DNA of 64,000 bases from Candidatus Shapirobacteria bacterium (GCA_022837635.1 JALHFY010000002.1:69055-133054); one strand, 5' to 3'. Positions 53,411 to 63,201 are shown, numbered from the stretch's first letter. A program made the numbers and translations. The notes: generated from the sequence alone by a model not told the origin.

Positions 53411-55141
53411 TTAGGTTGTGGGTGGTGGGTCGATGTTAGCACCTGAGTTTTCTGGAATAACCACTGCTTTATCTCCTTTACCGAATCGCTGAAGAACTGC
53501 TTGTCCAGTTTTGGTGCCAATTTGGACAACAGTATCTCCAAATTTCTTACCTGCAGACTCAGAAACACTTCTTCCCATTTTGGCAAACATAGTGTTGTTA
53601 AGACTTTCTCCAATGGCCTTACCAAAATCTGGAGCTTTCATGCTTTTAATTGTATCAGGAACTAATTCAGGAAGTTTGGATAAAAGAGCGAGGCCGGCCA
53701 TACCGATAGCGGCGGAAATGACTAGGGTAGGGGTGCCTAAAAGTTGGGAAACAGTACCGGTAGTAAGTGGTCCAGGTGTCCAGGCAGTAGCACTTCCACT
53801 ACTAATGACACCCCAGGTGAGAGAGTCGATAATTAGATTAAGAAGAACCAAGAAAATGCCAACTACCGGAAAAACGGCTATATTGGAAACAAGATCTAGA
53901 ATCCAGGTGTTAAAACCCATTTTAGAATTAGGAAAGGCGCCGGTGGCGATTTCTAAAGGGGCGAGAACAATTTTGAAGATGATAGTGACATAGTTCTTAA
54001 CTAGACCAAAAAAGAGTTTGATTAGCCAAATAACAACTAAAATAGTGAGAATCAAAGGAATGAGCATTCCGCCGACAAGACCACCACCAATAGCTCCAAC
54101 AGCTTGAGTGGCATTTCTTATGCCGATTTTGCTTAAAAAATTAATAAAAGTATTACCTGAGGTTAGGCTAGTACCGATAACACTACCGATGATATTGCCT
54201 AAAGTACCTCCAAGGAGCATTAACGAAAAGCCTCCAGGAACGGCTCGTTGAGTCAGATGTTGAATGGTGGGAATGTTGGGATTACTAAGATCGTCAAAAT
54301 TATAACTATAGCCACCAACATAAGAAGTGACGGAGGAGATAACTTGCTTAATAAAATCAATAATTTTGGTGATACCGTCACTATTGGCTCCTAGTTGAGA
54401 AATTAAATTAATTGCCCAAGAGTCGGAGAATAAAGCGCTGTCTAAACTGACACCTTTAACGGAAAAAAGCATCGCTACAACGATAGCCTGAATGATATTG
54501 GCTAAGTCGATAACAAGACCAGCAATAGCGTAGGAAAAGGTAACTAGAATTAAGGTGGTAATGATTTGAGGAACAGCACTTTGAATGGTAATAACTGCTT
54601 GTGGACTAACTTTGACCCTAAGAATAATCATAATTCCAATAATTAGGAAAATGATGGTGGAAAAAACGTAGACCATGTTTCTAAAACCCCTCCATAGAGG
54701 TAGGAGGAATTGAAGTCCTTGAAAACCAATACCTTGGGCATATGCTGGTTTACCTAAAAAATTATCTTTAACTTGGGCAATATATTCGATGCCTGAAGCT
54801 GGGGGAGTGTGTAATGAAGCTATCATAGTGTTGAGATTACCAACAGCACCTCCAGGAAAGTAATGAAAGGTGGTGGAGTTCTGGTCAGGTTCGAGCAATT
54901 CTTTTGGTATTTCGCCGATTAGACCGGTAAACAGAGAAATCATATTGCTGCTCATGGCTTCATTAGTCCAAGATTCTAGGCCAGTGTTATTTTTGATGGC
55001 GTCTTGTTTTTGAATAAAAAGTTGGCTGCTAGTGTTATCGGTGCTAGTGTCTGGTGATTGGGCTAAACTATTGACAGGGAAGAAAACGAAAAGAATGAAA
55101 AAAGTTGTGAGTAGAATTTTGGTAAAAAGGCTTTTTGCCAT
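53411..55141 (-). CDS. VirB6/TrbL-like polytopic membrane protein (T4SS channel component candidate)
   Basis: Signal peptide, then ~8 TM helices and a Gly-rich C-terminal region; adjacent to the pilin array. Confidence 0.4.
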   Translation of the reverse strand: MAKSLFTKILLTTFFILFVFFPVNSLAQSPDTSTDNTSSQLFIQKQDAIKNNTGLESWTNEAMSSNMISLFTGLIGEIPKELLEPDQNSTTFHYFPGGAVGNLNTMIASLHTPPASGIEYIAQVKDNFLGKPAYAQGIGFQGLQFLLPLWRGFRNMVYVFSTIIFLIIGIMIILRVKVSPQAVITIQSAVPQIITTLILVTFSYAIAGLVIDLANIIQAIVVAMLFSVKGVSLDSALFSDSWAINLISQLGANSDGITKIIDFIKQVISSVTSYVGGYSYNFDDLSNPNIPTIQHLTQRAVPGGFSLMLLGGTLGNIIGSVIGTSLTSGNTFINFLSKIGIRNATQAVGAIGGGLVGGMLIPLILTILVVIWLIKLFFGLVKNYVTIIFKIVLAPLEIATGAFPNSKMGFNTWILDLVSNIAVFPVVGIFLVLLNLIIDSLTWGVISSGSATAWTPGPLTTGTVSQLLGTPTLVISAAIGMAGLALLSKLPELVPDTIKSMKAPDFGKAIGESLNNTMFAKMGRSVSESAGKKFGDTVVQIGTKTGQAVLQRFGKGDKAVVIPENSGANIDPPPTT

Positions 55142-55160
55142 AGTTTATTGTAACAAAATA

Positions 55161-56609
55161 TTACCAAGATGCGGGGCGAAGTAAAGAGCGCATTTCTTGA
55201 TACAAAAGATCAGAACGGAAACCGGGATCAACGACATTAGCTTTATCGTTGGCAGGGGTTTTACTGGAAAAACTTTTAGTCAGTAATTGTTTTTTGTCTA
55301 GGGAATCTGAGGGAATCATATTGGAAAAGGCTTGTTCACTAATTTGAACATTTTCCACAATCTGATTATCGTAGGTACTAGTGGTAGGAATAGAGACGCT
55401 TTTACTAAAGTTTTCGCCAGCTAAAACTCGTTTAATTAAACCTTTAACGAAGGTGGCTAGATTTTTTCTTTGAGGTTTGTCTCGGGAAACGTATGGACTA
55501 ACTTTACTATCATTACAAATATCGGTATTATCAAGAGGTTTTTGTTGACTAGGGTTGACAAAACTGAGGGTGGTTGACTGAGGTGAATAGGCAGCGGCGG
55601 CATTGGGTAGGGTGCGGTTGTGAGTTTCGTCAACAGGATTGATAGGATGGTCATTGGCAGTGTCGTAACCATTATAATTAGTAACCACGACTCGACTATT
55701 GACGTTACCTTTGGGGATGTAATTGAGTTGTTTATAGAAAAGAAAATAATCCTCTTTTGGTAGAGGAACAAAGCTTTTGCCGCCAGAACGTTGTGAATAA
55801 CAGCCGTAGGTACCGCAAGAACCACTATAGTGACTGAGGACTGGGGTGAGAATTTTTTGAGGAAAGTTTTCGGGTGGAGAATCGGGGGTGGAATAGTAAA
55901 GCTTTTCATTTTGAAGTCCAAAAATAAGTTCACTGAGATAAACAGGTCGACAGGAGCTGGTTTTAGTTTCATCTTGAGTCATTTCCATACAAGTACCTTG
56001 GCAGTCCCAAGCGATTTGATAGTCTTGAGTGACAGTATCAAGTTGTTGACTGTTATTTAAGGACATGGCGGCTTGGGTAAGGAATTGACTGCGATAGTAA
56101 TTAATTTGGGTGGTGGGCAAGGAGCGCAAAGAAGCACTAGATCCAGTCATTTCGAGGCTAAGGAAGCTGTTTTTAGCCCTGGCTTCGGTACACTTGATGC
56201 TGCCTCTAGCAAAGAAAGATTGGAAGTTTCGGTAATATTCGTTGGAGAGGTTATTAAGATCAATTTGGCCATCTAAGTCTTGGGCATCGTAATCTTGGTA
56301 GATGTTTTCTGTGTATTTATTACCATTGACGTCAGTTTTTACAACTTCAGTTTTATGATCGTCGGCAGACCAACTTCTTCCGGCTTCACCATGACCACTA
56401 CAAGTGACTGTGTCTTCAGTCAAGGTGTTGGAATAAGAATCGTCGCTAGGGATTTCTGGGGCAATGGCTTGGTCGGGAGCTTTACGTTCAGTTTGATCTT
56501 TAATTTGTAGGGAAGGGAAGAGTTTTTGCCAAAAGCTAGCGGCATAAGCTGGAGAAGTAGTAAAAAAGAGAAAAAATAAAGTAGAAAATATAAAAATTAG
56601 TTTTTTCAC
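55161..56609 (-). CDS. Secreted Cys-rich protein (possible pilus-associated adhesin)
   Basis: Signal peptide MKKLIFIFSTLFFLFFTTSPAYA; about 12 Cys. Confidence 0.4.
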   Translation of the reverse strand: MKKLIFIFSTLFFLFFTTSPAYAASFWQKLFPSLQIKDQTERKAPDQAIAPEIPSDDSYSNTLTEDTVTCSGHGEAGRSWSADDHKTEVVKTDVNGNKYTENIYQDYDAQDLDGQIDLNNLSNEYYRNFQSFFARGSIKCTEARAKNSFLSLEMTGSSASLRSLPTTQINYYRSQFLTQAAMSLNNSQQLDTVTQDYQIAWDCQGTCMEMTQDETKTSSCRPVYLSELIFGLQNEKLYYSTPDSPPENFPQKILTPVLSHYSGSCGTYGCYSQRSGGKSFVPLPKEDYFLFYKQLNYIPKGNVNSRVVVTNYNGYDTANDHPINPVDETHNRTLPNAAAAYSPQSTTLSFVNPSQQKPLDNTDICNDSKVSPYVSRDKPQRKNLATFVKGLIKRVLAGENFSKSVSIPTTSTYDNQIVENVQISEQAFSNMIPSDSLDKKQLLTKSFSSKTPANDKANVVDPGFRSDLLYQEMRSLLRPASW

Positions 56610-56998
56610 GGATTCCCGGGGATTTGGAATATAGTAACGTTAACACCGGTAAATTTTTGAATGAAATTAAGAATTAGCCAGGAAGCAATGACACCAACTA
56701 GACCGATGATGGCCATAGTGAGGGTGGAAGAAGCGGAGGCTAGTTTTTTTTCATCACCACCACTAGTGAGGTATTTGAAACCACCGCTAATGAACATAAA
56801 GAAAAAAGCCAGACCGGCAATAACTACTATTATTTGGAGAATGTTGGCAAAAAGACATTCAAAACCTTGGATGGTAGCGACATCACCTTGGGTAACGCAG
56901 CGACCTGTCCAAGTGCCATCGGAAGCAACTTGAGCTAGAGCTGGATGCACAAATAAGAAACAAGAAACTAGAAACCAGAAACAAGAGAGTTTTTTCAT
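56606..56998 (-). CDS. VirB2/TrbC-like pilin paralogue 1
   Basis: Signal peptide; TM1; loop SGGDEKKLASASST; TM2 IIGLVGVIASWLIL. Start set at MKKLSCF. Confidence 0.55.
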   Translation of the reverse strand: MKKLSCFWFLVSCFLFVHPALAQVASDGTWTGRCVTQGDVATIQGFECLFANILQIIVVIAGLAFFFMFISGGFKYLTSGGDEKKLASASSTLTMAIIGLVGVIASWLILNFIQKFTGVNVTIFQIPGNP

Positions 56999-57021
56999 AA
57001 CTACATTATAGTATAAAGTCC

Positions 57022-57049
57022 AAAAAAAACCCCCTGCAGAGGCAGGGGG
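57022..57049 (-). terminator. Rho-independent terminator after pilin paralogue 2
   Basis: On the minus strand: CCCCCTGC-cucu-GCAGGGGG followed by U8. Confidence 0.8.
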
Positions 57050-57068
57050 TGTGAACTCTACCAAGAAT

Positions 57069-57410
57069 TTATTTGTTGAAGGTAGGAACAGAGATACCAC
57101 TTAAGAGAGTGATACCAAAGACGGTTTCAATCAATTTCATAATGGCAAAGGCGGCAAAAACGATAGCCAAGCCAATGAGAGCATTAGTGATCTGAGTACG
57201 GGCGGTAGCCACAGCTTTTTCATCACCACCGGCCATAACCCACTTGAGTCCGCCGAGAATTAACATAAAGAAGAATACCAGAGCCACAATTAACATAACT
57301 AAGGAAATGGCACCGGAAACGATACCACCGATAGTCATTTTAGTGACTTCTGAACCAAATTGATCTTTGGGGTTAAGTTCGATTACTTGTTTAGCAGCGA
57401 TAAGTTTCAT
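57069..57410 (-). CDS. VirB2/TrbC-like pilin paralogue 2 (followed by strong terminator; candidate major pilin)
   Basis: TM1 IGGIVSGAISLVMLIVALVFFFMLILGGL; loop GGDEKAVATARTQ; TM2 ALIGLAIVFAAFAI. Confidence 0.55.
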   Translation of the reverse strand: MKLIAAKQVIELNPKDQFGSEVTKMTIGGIVSGAISLVMLIVALVFFFMLILGGLKWVMAGGDEKAVATARTQITNALIGLAIVFAAFAIMKLIETVFGITLLSGISVPTFNK

Positions 57411-57461
57411 TTTTTTAGAGAATTAATAATTAATTAATGAAGTTTAACAATAAATTAAGAT

Positions 57462-57791
57462 TTAGGAAAGAGTGGGCCAGGTAAGTACTAATTTTTCTAG
57501 GTCTTGGATACCTAGAACGTAACCAATAAATTTAAGAATAGCAAAGACGGCAAAGACGATACCTAAGCCTAAAATAGCGTTAATCATTTCGGTTCGGGAG
57601 GTTTCGACGCGTTTAGGATCACCTTGGTTATTAATCATATGATAACCGGACATGATAAAGTGCCAAACGAACCAAATGACGGCAACAATAAAGAAAATAG
57701 AAAAAATTGCCTGAACGACACTGTTGGTATATCCAGTAGGATCATCTATTTGTTTTTCGCAGTTTGTGAGGATAGGGTTGCAGATAGCCAT
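57462..57791 (-). CDS. VirB2/TrbC-like pilin paralogue 3
   Basis: Same architecture (GDPKRVETSRTEMINAILGLGIVFAVFAIL). Confidence 0.5.
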   Translation of the reverse strand: MAICNPILTNCEKQIDDPTGYTNSVVQAIFSIFFIVAVIWFVWHFIMSGYHMINNQGDPKRVETSRTEMINAILGLGIVFAVFAILKFIGYVLGIQDLEKLVLTWPTLS

Positions 57792-57796
57792 TTTGG

Positions 57797-58144
57797 TTAA
57801 ATTTTAATACTTCTAAAGAAAGCTTCAAGATCAAAAGGATTGGAGAGACCAAGAAGTTTAGCCAAAAGAGCGGCTAAACCAGTAGCAATAACAACAATAA
57901 AAATACCTAAAATACCGTTAGTGAGTTTAGACCAACCTTCTTCGATTTTTTTAGGATCACCGTGGGCGGTCATCAAGCCATATCCAGCCAGGATTATTTG
58001 AATAGCAAACCAAATAACGGCAACAATGGTTAAAACTCCCATGACATTACTAATAAGTTTTTCTAGAGCGGTGGTGGCTTCAACACCATCACTTGGGTTG
58101 AGGCCGGGACCGTCTAATGAGAATTTTTCAGCAATAAGTTTCAT
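57797..58144 (-). CDS. VirB2/TrbC-like pilin paralogue 4
   Basis: Start set at MKLIAEKF (parallels paralogue 2 MKLIAAKQ); GDPKKIEEGWSKLTNGILGIFIVVIATG. Confidence 0.5.
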   Translation of the reverse strand: MKLIAEKFSLDGPGLNPSDGVEATTALEKLISNVMGVLTIVAVIWFAIQIILAGYGLMTAHGDPKKIEEGWSKLTNGILGIFIVVIATGLAALLAKLLGLSNPFDLEAFFRSIKI

Positions 58145-58145
58145 A

Positions 58146-58475
58146 TTATGGTTGAGTTTGTGGACCAGTAATCTCAGGATTAAGAATGTCAATGCCGAAG
58201 AGACGACCAACAACACCAGCGATAACCATAGCGGCGGAGACTATAAGGATGCCGACGAGACTTTGCCAAATTTTAGTCCAAGCAGCTTCGGCTTTTTTAG
58301 GATCGCCACTAGCATTGAGGTAGTCATAACCACCCATAATTAATTGAACGACAAGAATAATACCAGCGATAACACCAGCTAATTTTAAGAGGTTGCTGAA
58401 GAAGGTGAAGAAACCGCTACCAGCTACGCTGGGGTATTGAGTAGGGTTGTCGATGGTGCCAAAAATAGAAAGCAT
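58146..58475 (-). CDS. VirB2/TrbC-like pilin paralogue 5
   Basis: GDPKKAEAAWTKIWQSLVGILIVSAAMVIAG. Confidence 0.5.
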   Translation of the reverse strand: MLSIFGTIDNPTQYPSVAGSGFFTFFSNLLKLAGVIAGIILVVQLIMGGYDYLNASGDPKKAEAAWTKIWQSLVGILIVSAAMVIAGVVGRLFGIDILNPEITGPQTQP

Positions 58476-58478
58476 GGT

Positions 58479-58805
58479 TTATAGAATAGAGAGCCCGGTA
58501 AGGACTTCTATAATTTGAATTATAAAGTAACTAAGGAAAATTACCAAGAAGCCAATCAAGGAATTGGTAATCATGGATTTAGCAGTAGCAGCTTGTTTTT
58601 GGTCACTGGAACCAGCTGAGACTATCATCATAATTCCACCGGCAATAATAAGAATTAAAAAGATAATTCCGGCTAAGGTTAGGGAGTTTTTGACAATAAT
58701 GTTGACTAAAGTGGTTTCGTCGGGGTAGGTGTTGGAAATGGGTTTTCCGTTGTCGATAGGCAAATCACCGATGTTTACTTGGGAGATAAGTCGAGTTAAT
58801 TTCAT
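58479..58805 (-). CDS. VirB2/TrbC-like pilin paralogue 6
   Basis: Start set at MKLTRLI; SSDQKQAATAKSMITNSLIGFLVIFLSYFII. Confidence 0.5.
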   Translation of the reverse strand: MKLTRLISQVNIGDLPIDNGKPISNTYPDETTLVNIIVKNSLTLAGIIFLILIIAGGIMMIVSAGSSDQKQAATAKSMITNSLIGFLVIFLSYFIIQIIEVLTGLSIL

Positions 58806-58928
58806 ATTGATACCTAGATTATATAACAAAGATAGGAAATAATGGTGTTATAATACGCCACCTTATCAAGCTAGTGACTAGTTATTAGTAATTAGTTAAT
58901 AGTTTTATAATTAGATATTAAAACAGAA

Positions 58929-59750
58929 ATGAGAAAAGCTGCCATCTCTATTTTGTTGTTGGCATTGATGTTGATGTCCAACAGAGCAACTTTAGCTAGA
59001 AATAGATTAATTAGTCCCAGTCCAGAACCAACAGTATTACCAACGGCTACACCAGTACCTGAGTCGGTGAATATAACGGAAGCATACGATAAAAAATCAG
59101 AAAATATCAGCCCGTTATTGTCACTAGCGGTAGAGAAGGGAGTACCGGAAAATACGATAGTACTATTGTTATTATTGCCATTGGTGGCGACTCTAGTATC
59201 TTTTTTGCATTATGTGGTAGGAGTATCCGGTTATGGGATTTTTATGCCGACGATGGTATCGGTGGCGATGTTGGCCACCGGTTTAAGAACAGGTTTAGCC
59301 TTGTTTGTGGTAATTTTAGGATCGGGACTGATGAGTAACAGGTTGTTGAAGAGATTAAAATTACATTTTTGGCCAGCTCGGACAATTACTTTATTGATGA
59401 TTGCTTTAACGACTTTGATAACTATGTCAATAGCGGCTAGTTTAGGTATATTAGAAGTGGGTAAAATTTCTATTTTTCCGATGTTATTTATGATTTTATT
59501 GACAGAAGAATTTATCAGAACTCAGTTGGCTAAAAGCAAAAAGGAAGCAATGAGATTGACTTGGGGAACTTTGTTGTTGGCAACTATTGGTACCTTGACG
59601 ATGAGGATTCAAATGCTTCAGGATTTTGTGTTGAGGTATCCAGGTTGGGTAATACTATTAGTAATAGTTATTAACGTGATGGTGGGAAGTTATAGTGGAA
59701 TTAGAATGACAGAGATAAAGAGGTTTAAGGGAGCAATTAGAAAAAAGTAA
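58929..59750 (+). CDS. Polytopic (about 7 TM) membrane protein, first gene of the ATP-grasp module
   Basis: Signal/anchor, then about 7 TM helices; precedes the ATP-grasp/retropepsin fusion by 32 bp. Confidence 0.4.
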   Translation: MRKAAISILLLALMLMSNRATLARNRLISPSPEPTVLPTATPVPESVNITEAYDKKSENISPLLSLAVEKGVPENTIVLLLLLPLVATLVSFLHYVVGVSGYGIFMPTMVSVAMLATGLRTGLALFVVILGSGLMSNRLLKRLKLHFWPARTITLLMIALTTLITMSIAASLGILEVGKISIFPMLFMILLTEEFIRTQLAKSKKEAMRLTWGTLLLATIGTLTMRIQMLQDFVLRYPGWVILLVIVINVMVGSYSGIRMTEIKRFKGAIRKK

Positions 59751-59782
59751 TTAGTTAATAGTAAATAGTTAGTAGTAAAATA

Positions 59783-61165
59783 ATGTTTAAGTTGAATCTA
59801 AGAGACTATCGGCAGTTTTTGACAAAAAACGAGAGGAATAAGGTGTATTTGCGTAAAAATAGTGCTGAAGGACGAGCAATTGCTGATAGTAAATTTAAGA
59901 CTAAAAATAGATTGATTAAGGCAGGAGTGGCGGTGCCGAAGTTGATAGCTAGGTTTAAGGATGATGAGGAGTTGATGGCTTTTAATTGGAAGCAAGTGAC
60001 AGCTAATTTTGTGATCAAACCGGTGACTGGTTATGGAGGAGAGGGAATTTTGATTTTTAGAAAAAAAGTGGGTGATGATAAATATCAACTAATGAACGGA
60101 AAGACAATGACTTTGGAAGAAATCATTCAGCATTGTCAGGAGATATTGCAAGGAAAATATAGTCTTCATAGTAGTCGTGATCATGTGATTATTGAAGAAA
60201 GGGTGAAGATTCATCCAATGTTTTTGGCGTTGACCAAGGCAGGAACGCCGGATGTGAGAGTGATAGTGGCCAATAAAGTACCGGTGATGGCCATGTTAAG
60301 AATTCCAACTGAAAGAAGTGGAGGCAAGGCTAATTTACAGCAGGGAGCATATGGGTTGGGAATAGATTTGGCAACTGGAATTACTACTTTTGGGATTGAA
60401 GGTAAGGGAGATGAGGTAAAAAGGATTTATGATTTTGGTAAGAAAAAAAATATCAAAGTTAATGGGATTAAGATTCCATTTTGGAAAGAAATATTGGAAA
60501 CTGCCGTAAAATCACAAGCGGCGATACCTGAGTTGGGGTTTTTGGGAGTGGATGTGGTTTTGGATAAAGATGAGGGACCAAAGGTGTTGGAAGTGAATGC
60601 TAGACCAGGATTGTCGATACAGATTTGTAATAAGGCAGGATTAAAAAGAAGAATTGAGAAAGTGGAGGATATTACAGTTAGAAGCGAAGAACATGCCATT
60701 TCTTTGGCTAAATATTTGTTTGGGGAAAAGTTTGCGGATAAGGTAGCAGAAAAAGAAAAGGTAAAAATGATTCAACCATTGGAAATTATCAAGGTTAAAA
60801 TCCCTAAGGGATTTGTGCCAGAGATAGATAAAGACAAGATTTTGAAGTTAAAGAAACATCGGGTGGTAGAAGTGAGGGCCAAGGTAGATACTGGAGCTTT
60901 CAGGAGTTCGATTGATAGAGATTTTGCTGTTAAAATAGGATTATTGTCAGCGGATAAAGTATTGTATTATCGGCATTATCGATCGAGTTTAGGACAAAAT
61001 AAAGACAGGCCGGTGATAGGAATTACTTTTTGGTTGCAAGGGAAAAAAGTAGTGACGGCGGTGAGTGTAGCTAATAGGCGAAAGTTGAGAACAAAATTTT
61101 TATTAGGTAGAAAAGACCTGGAAGGGTTTTTAATTTCAGCTAAAAAAGGAGGTAAAAATGACTAA
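59783..61165 (+). CDS. ATP-grasp (alpha-L-glutamate-ligase-like) fused to retropepsin-like aspartic protease domain (PF05618-like)
   Basis: ATP-grasp core (FVIKP..GYGGEGI ... LEVNARPG); C-terminal VRAKVDTGAFRSSID with a D-T-G signature. Confidence 0.55.
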   Translation: MFKLNLRDYRQFLTKNERNKVYLRKNSAEGRAIADSKFKTKNRLIKAGVAVPKLIARFKDDEELMAFNWKQVTANFVIKPVTGYGGEGILIFRKKVGDDKYQLMNGKTMTLEEIIQHCQEILQGKYSLHSSRDHVIIEERVKIHPMFLALTKAGTPDVRVIVANKVPVMAMLRIPTERSGGKANLQQGAYGLGIDLATGITTFGIEGKGDEVKRIYDFGKKKNIKVNGIKIPFWKEILETAVKSQAAIPELGFLGVDVVLDKDEGPKVLEVNARPGLSIQICNKAGLKRRIEKVEDITVRSEEHAISLAKYLFGEKFADKVAEKEKVKMIQPLEIIKVKIPKGFVPEIDKDKILKLKKHRVVEVRAKVDTGAFRSSIDRDFAVKIGLLSADKVLYYRHYRSSLGQNKDRPVIGITFWLQGKKVVTAVSVANRRKLRTKFLLGRKDLEGFLISAKKGGKND

Positions 61166-62141
61166 AATAGCAGTCTTTTTTGGAGGTAAAATCAGTCGAC
61201 ACTTAGTGTTGGTGCGAAAAGCGGCAAAAAAGTTAGGAGTAGAACTGGATTTAATTTCGTATAATAAGGTTTTTTTTGATACTAAAAGTGGGCGGGTAGA
61301 ACTAAAAGGCAAAGATGCTGCGGATTATGATGTACTTTTTTTTAGAACTACGGGTAAACATTGGGAAGAGGTAGATTTAATATTGGAGAGTATTAAAGAA
61401 ACTGGAAAAAGGCCAGTGATTGTAGATCCGATAGTAGAACATGGAAAACCGAGTTTTGCTAAAAAGGCGTGGCAAATGTTGAGATTGACGGAGGCGGGAA
61501 TAGAAGTACCGAGAACTATTTATGGATCATTGTGGACGTTGTATGAGTGTATGTTAAATTTAAACTCTCGAAATGATTTTTGTGCCTCCTGTGAATGTGT
61601 CACCACGTTCAACGGAGTCAAAAAATCATCTTCTTCGAGTTTAAATTTAAATTTCCCAGTTATAGTTAAGGGTAGTGGGGGGAATAGAGGCGAGAGGGTG
61701 TTTAAGGCTAATAATTTAGAGGAGTTGGAAAAGTTGGTGAGGGAGTTGCGAAAATCGGAGACTGAGGAGGGGAGGCGGTATATGCTCCAGGAGTATATTG
61801 AAAATGATGGTGATTATCGGGTTTTGGTGATAGGTGATAAGGCTCTGGGGGCGATGAAACGCAGTAGTCAGAGTCGAAATGAATTTAGAAACAATTATAG
61901 TGCTGGAGGTAAAGTAGAAGTGGCGCAATTACCTCAGGAGATTTATGATTTAGCAGTAAGGGCGGCTAAAAGTTGTGGAATAGCGATTGCTGGGGTGGAC
62001 GTGGCTTTTCGAGACAAGGAAAGAAAGAGACCGGTGGTGTGGGAGGTGAACAAAGGCCCACAATTCAAAGGTTTTATGAAAGCGACGGGGATAGATGCCC
62101 CGGCTGAAATTGTTAAATATTTAGTATCTATTAAAAAATAA
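61158..62141 (+). CDS. RimK-family ATP-grasp ligase
   Basis: YRVLVIGDKALGAMKRSS...RNNYSAGG...GVDVAF; typical RimK. Confidence 0.7.
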   Translation: MTKIAVFFGGKISRHLVLVRKAAKKLGVELDLISYNKVFFDTKSGRVELKGKDAADYDVLFFRTTGKHWEEVDLILESIKETGKRPVIVDPIVEHGKPSFAKKAWQMLRLTEAGIEVPRTIYGSLWTLYECMLNLNSRNDFCASCECVTTFNGVKKSSSSSLNLNFPVIVKGSGGNRGERVFKANNLEELEKLVRELRKSETEEGRRYMLQEYIENDGDYRVLVIGDKALGAMKRSSQSRNEFRNNYSAGGKVEVAQLPQEIYDLAVRAAKSCGIAIAGVDVAFRDKERKRPVVWEVNKGPQFKGFMKATGIDAPAEIVKYLVSIKK

Positions 62142-62142
62142 C

Positions 62143-62262
62143 CAATAACCAAAAAACAATTTCCAAACAAATTACAAATAACAAATCTCAAACTCTTGGT
62201 AATTTGGAATTTGAAAAATTGGAAATTGTTTGTATCTTGTGATTTTGGTTATTGGAATTTAT
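62143..62262. repeat. Intergenic repeat related to 41044-41196
   Basis: caaatctcaaactcttggtaatttgg ... ttgtttgtatcttgtgattttggttattggaattt. Confidence 0.8.
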
Positions 62263-63172
62263 AAAACACAATATGTCACATAAAAGAATAATTACTTTTA
62301 CAATGTCATTGAGACAGAGTCAGTTTGAAGTGAACAGATTGGTGACGGAAGCGGAGGCGATGGGGATTGAGGTTGATCGAGCTTTGTATAGAGAGTTGTC
62401 ATTTGATTTGAAAAATGGGGAAAGTAAGGTGTTTATTCGAGGTCAGGAGGTGCGACCGGAGGAGGTTTATGGATTATGGTTTAGGGTGGCGGGGACAAAA
62501 AGTGGTAAATATACTGAAGCTAGAAACTTAGCAATTCGGATTTTGGAAGCAAAGGGAGTGAAGTGTGTTAATAGTCGGACTTATTTGGCTTGGACTCGGA
62601 TGGGAAAAATTGCTCAACATGGGGTGTTTTTGCAAAACAGTATTCCTATAGTACCAACGAGAATTTTTTATACCAAAGATCAGATTTTAGAAGTGGACGA
62701 TTGGGAGTTTCCGGTAATTGCCAAGCATGAACGGGGTTTTCAAGGAAAATCGGTAAGGAAGTTTGAAAATAAGGAAGAGTTAGAAGTTTTTGTAGAGAGA
62801 ATTAATGAAAAGAATTTAGGTATGTTTTTGTGGCAAAAAACTTTACCGACTCGCTGGGATTTAAGAATTATTGTGGTTGATGGAGAGGCAATTGGGGCGA
62901 TGAAGAGGTCGGCAAATGATGGTGAATTTAGAAGCAATTTTTCTTTGGGAGGAGCGGTGGAACATTGGCAAATGGACAGTGAAGAAAAAGAATTAGCAGA
63001 AAAAGCGGCTAGAGTGTGTGGTTTGGATTATGGAGGGGTGGATATTATGAAAGACGGTGAGGGTAAAAATTATATTTTGGAAGTGAATCGTCAATGTCAG
63101 TTTCAAGGTTTTGAGAAAGCGACTGGTATTAATGTAGCTAAAAAAGTGGTGGAAATGATGATAAAAGATTAG
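62252..63172 (+). CDS. RimK-family ATP-grasp ligase (second paralogue)
   Basis: LRIIVVDGEAIGAMKRSANDGEFRSNFSLGG...GVDIM. Confidence 0.7.
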   Translation: MEFIKHNMSHKRIITFTMSLRQSQFEVNRLVTEAEAMGIEVDRALYRELSFDLKNGESKVFIRGQEVRPEEVYGLWFRVAGTKSGKYTEARNLAIRILEAKGVKCVNSRTYLAWTRMGKIAQHGVFLQNSIPIVPTRIFYTKDQILEVDDWEFPVIAKHERGFQGKSVRKFENKEELEVFVERINEKNLGMFLWQKTLPTRWDLRIIVVDGEAIGAMKRSANDGEFRSNFSLGGAVEHWQMDSEEKELAEKAARVCGLDYGGVDIMKDGEGKNYILEVNRQCQFQGFEKATGINVAKKVVEMMIKD

Positions 63173-63201
63173 TTTTCTGTGATATACTCTAAAGAACTTT
63201 A

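Noticed and set aside
56999-57100. Upstream extension (MVSLFLP...) of pilin paralogue 1 to 57100
   Set aside because: The extension spans the rho-independent terminator and overlaps the 3' end of the upstream pilin gene. The internal Met gives a typical signal peptide.
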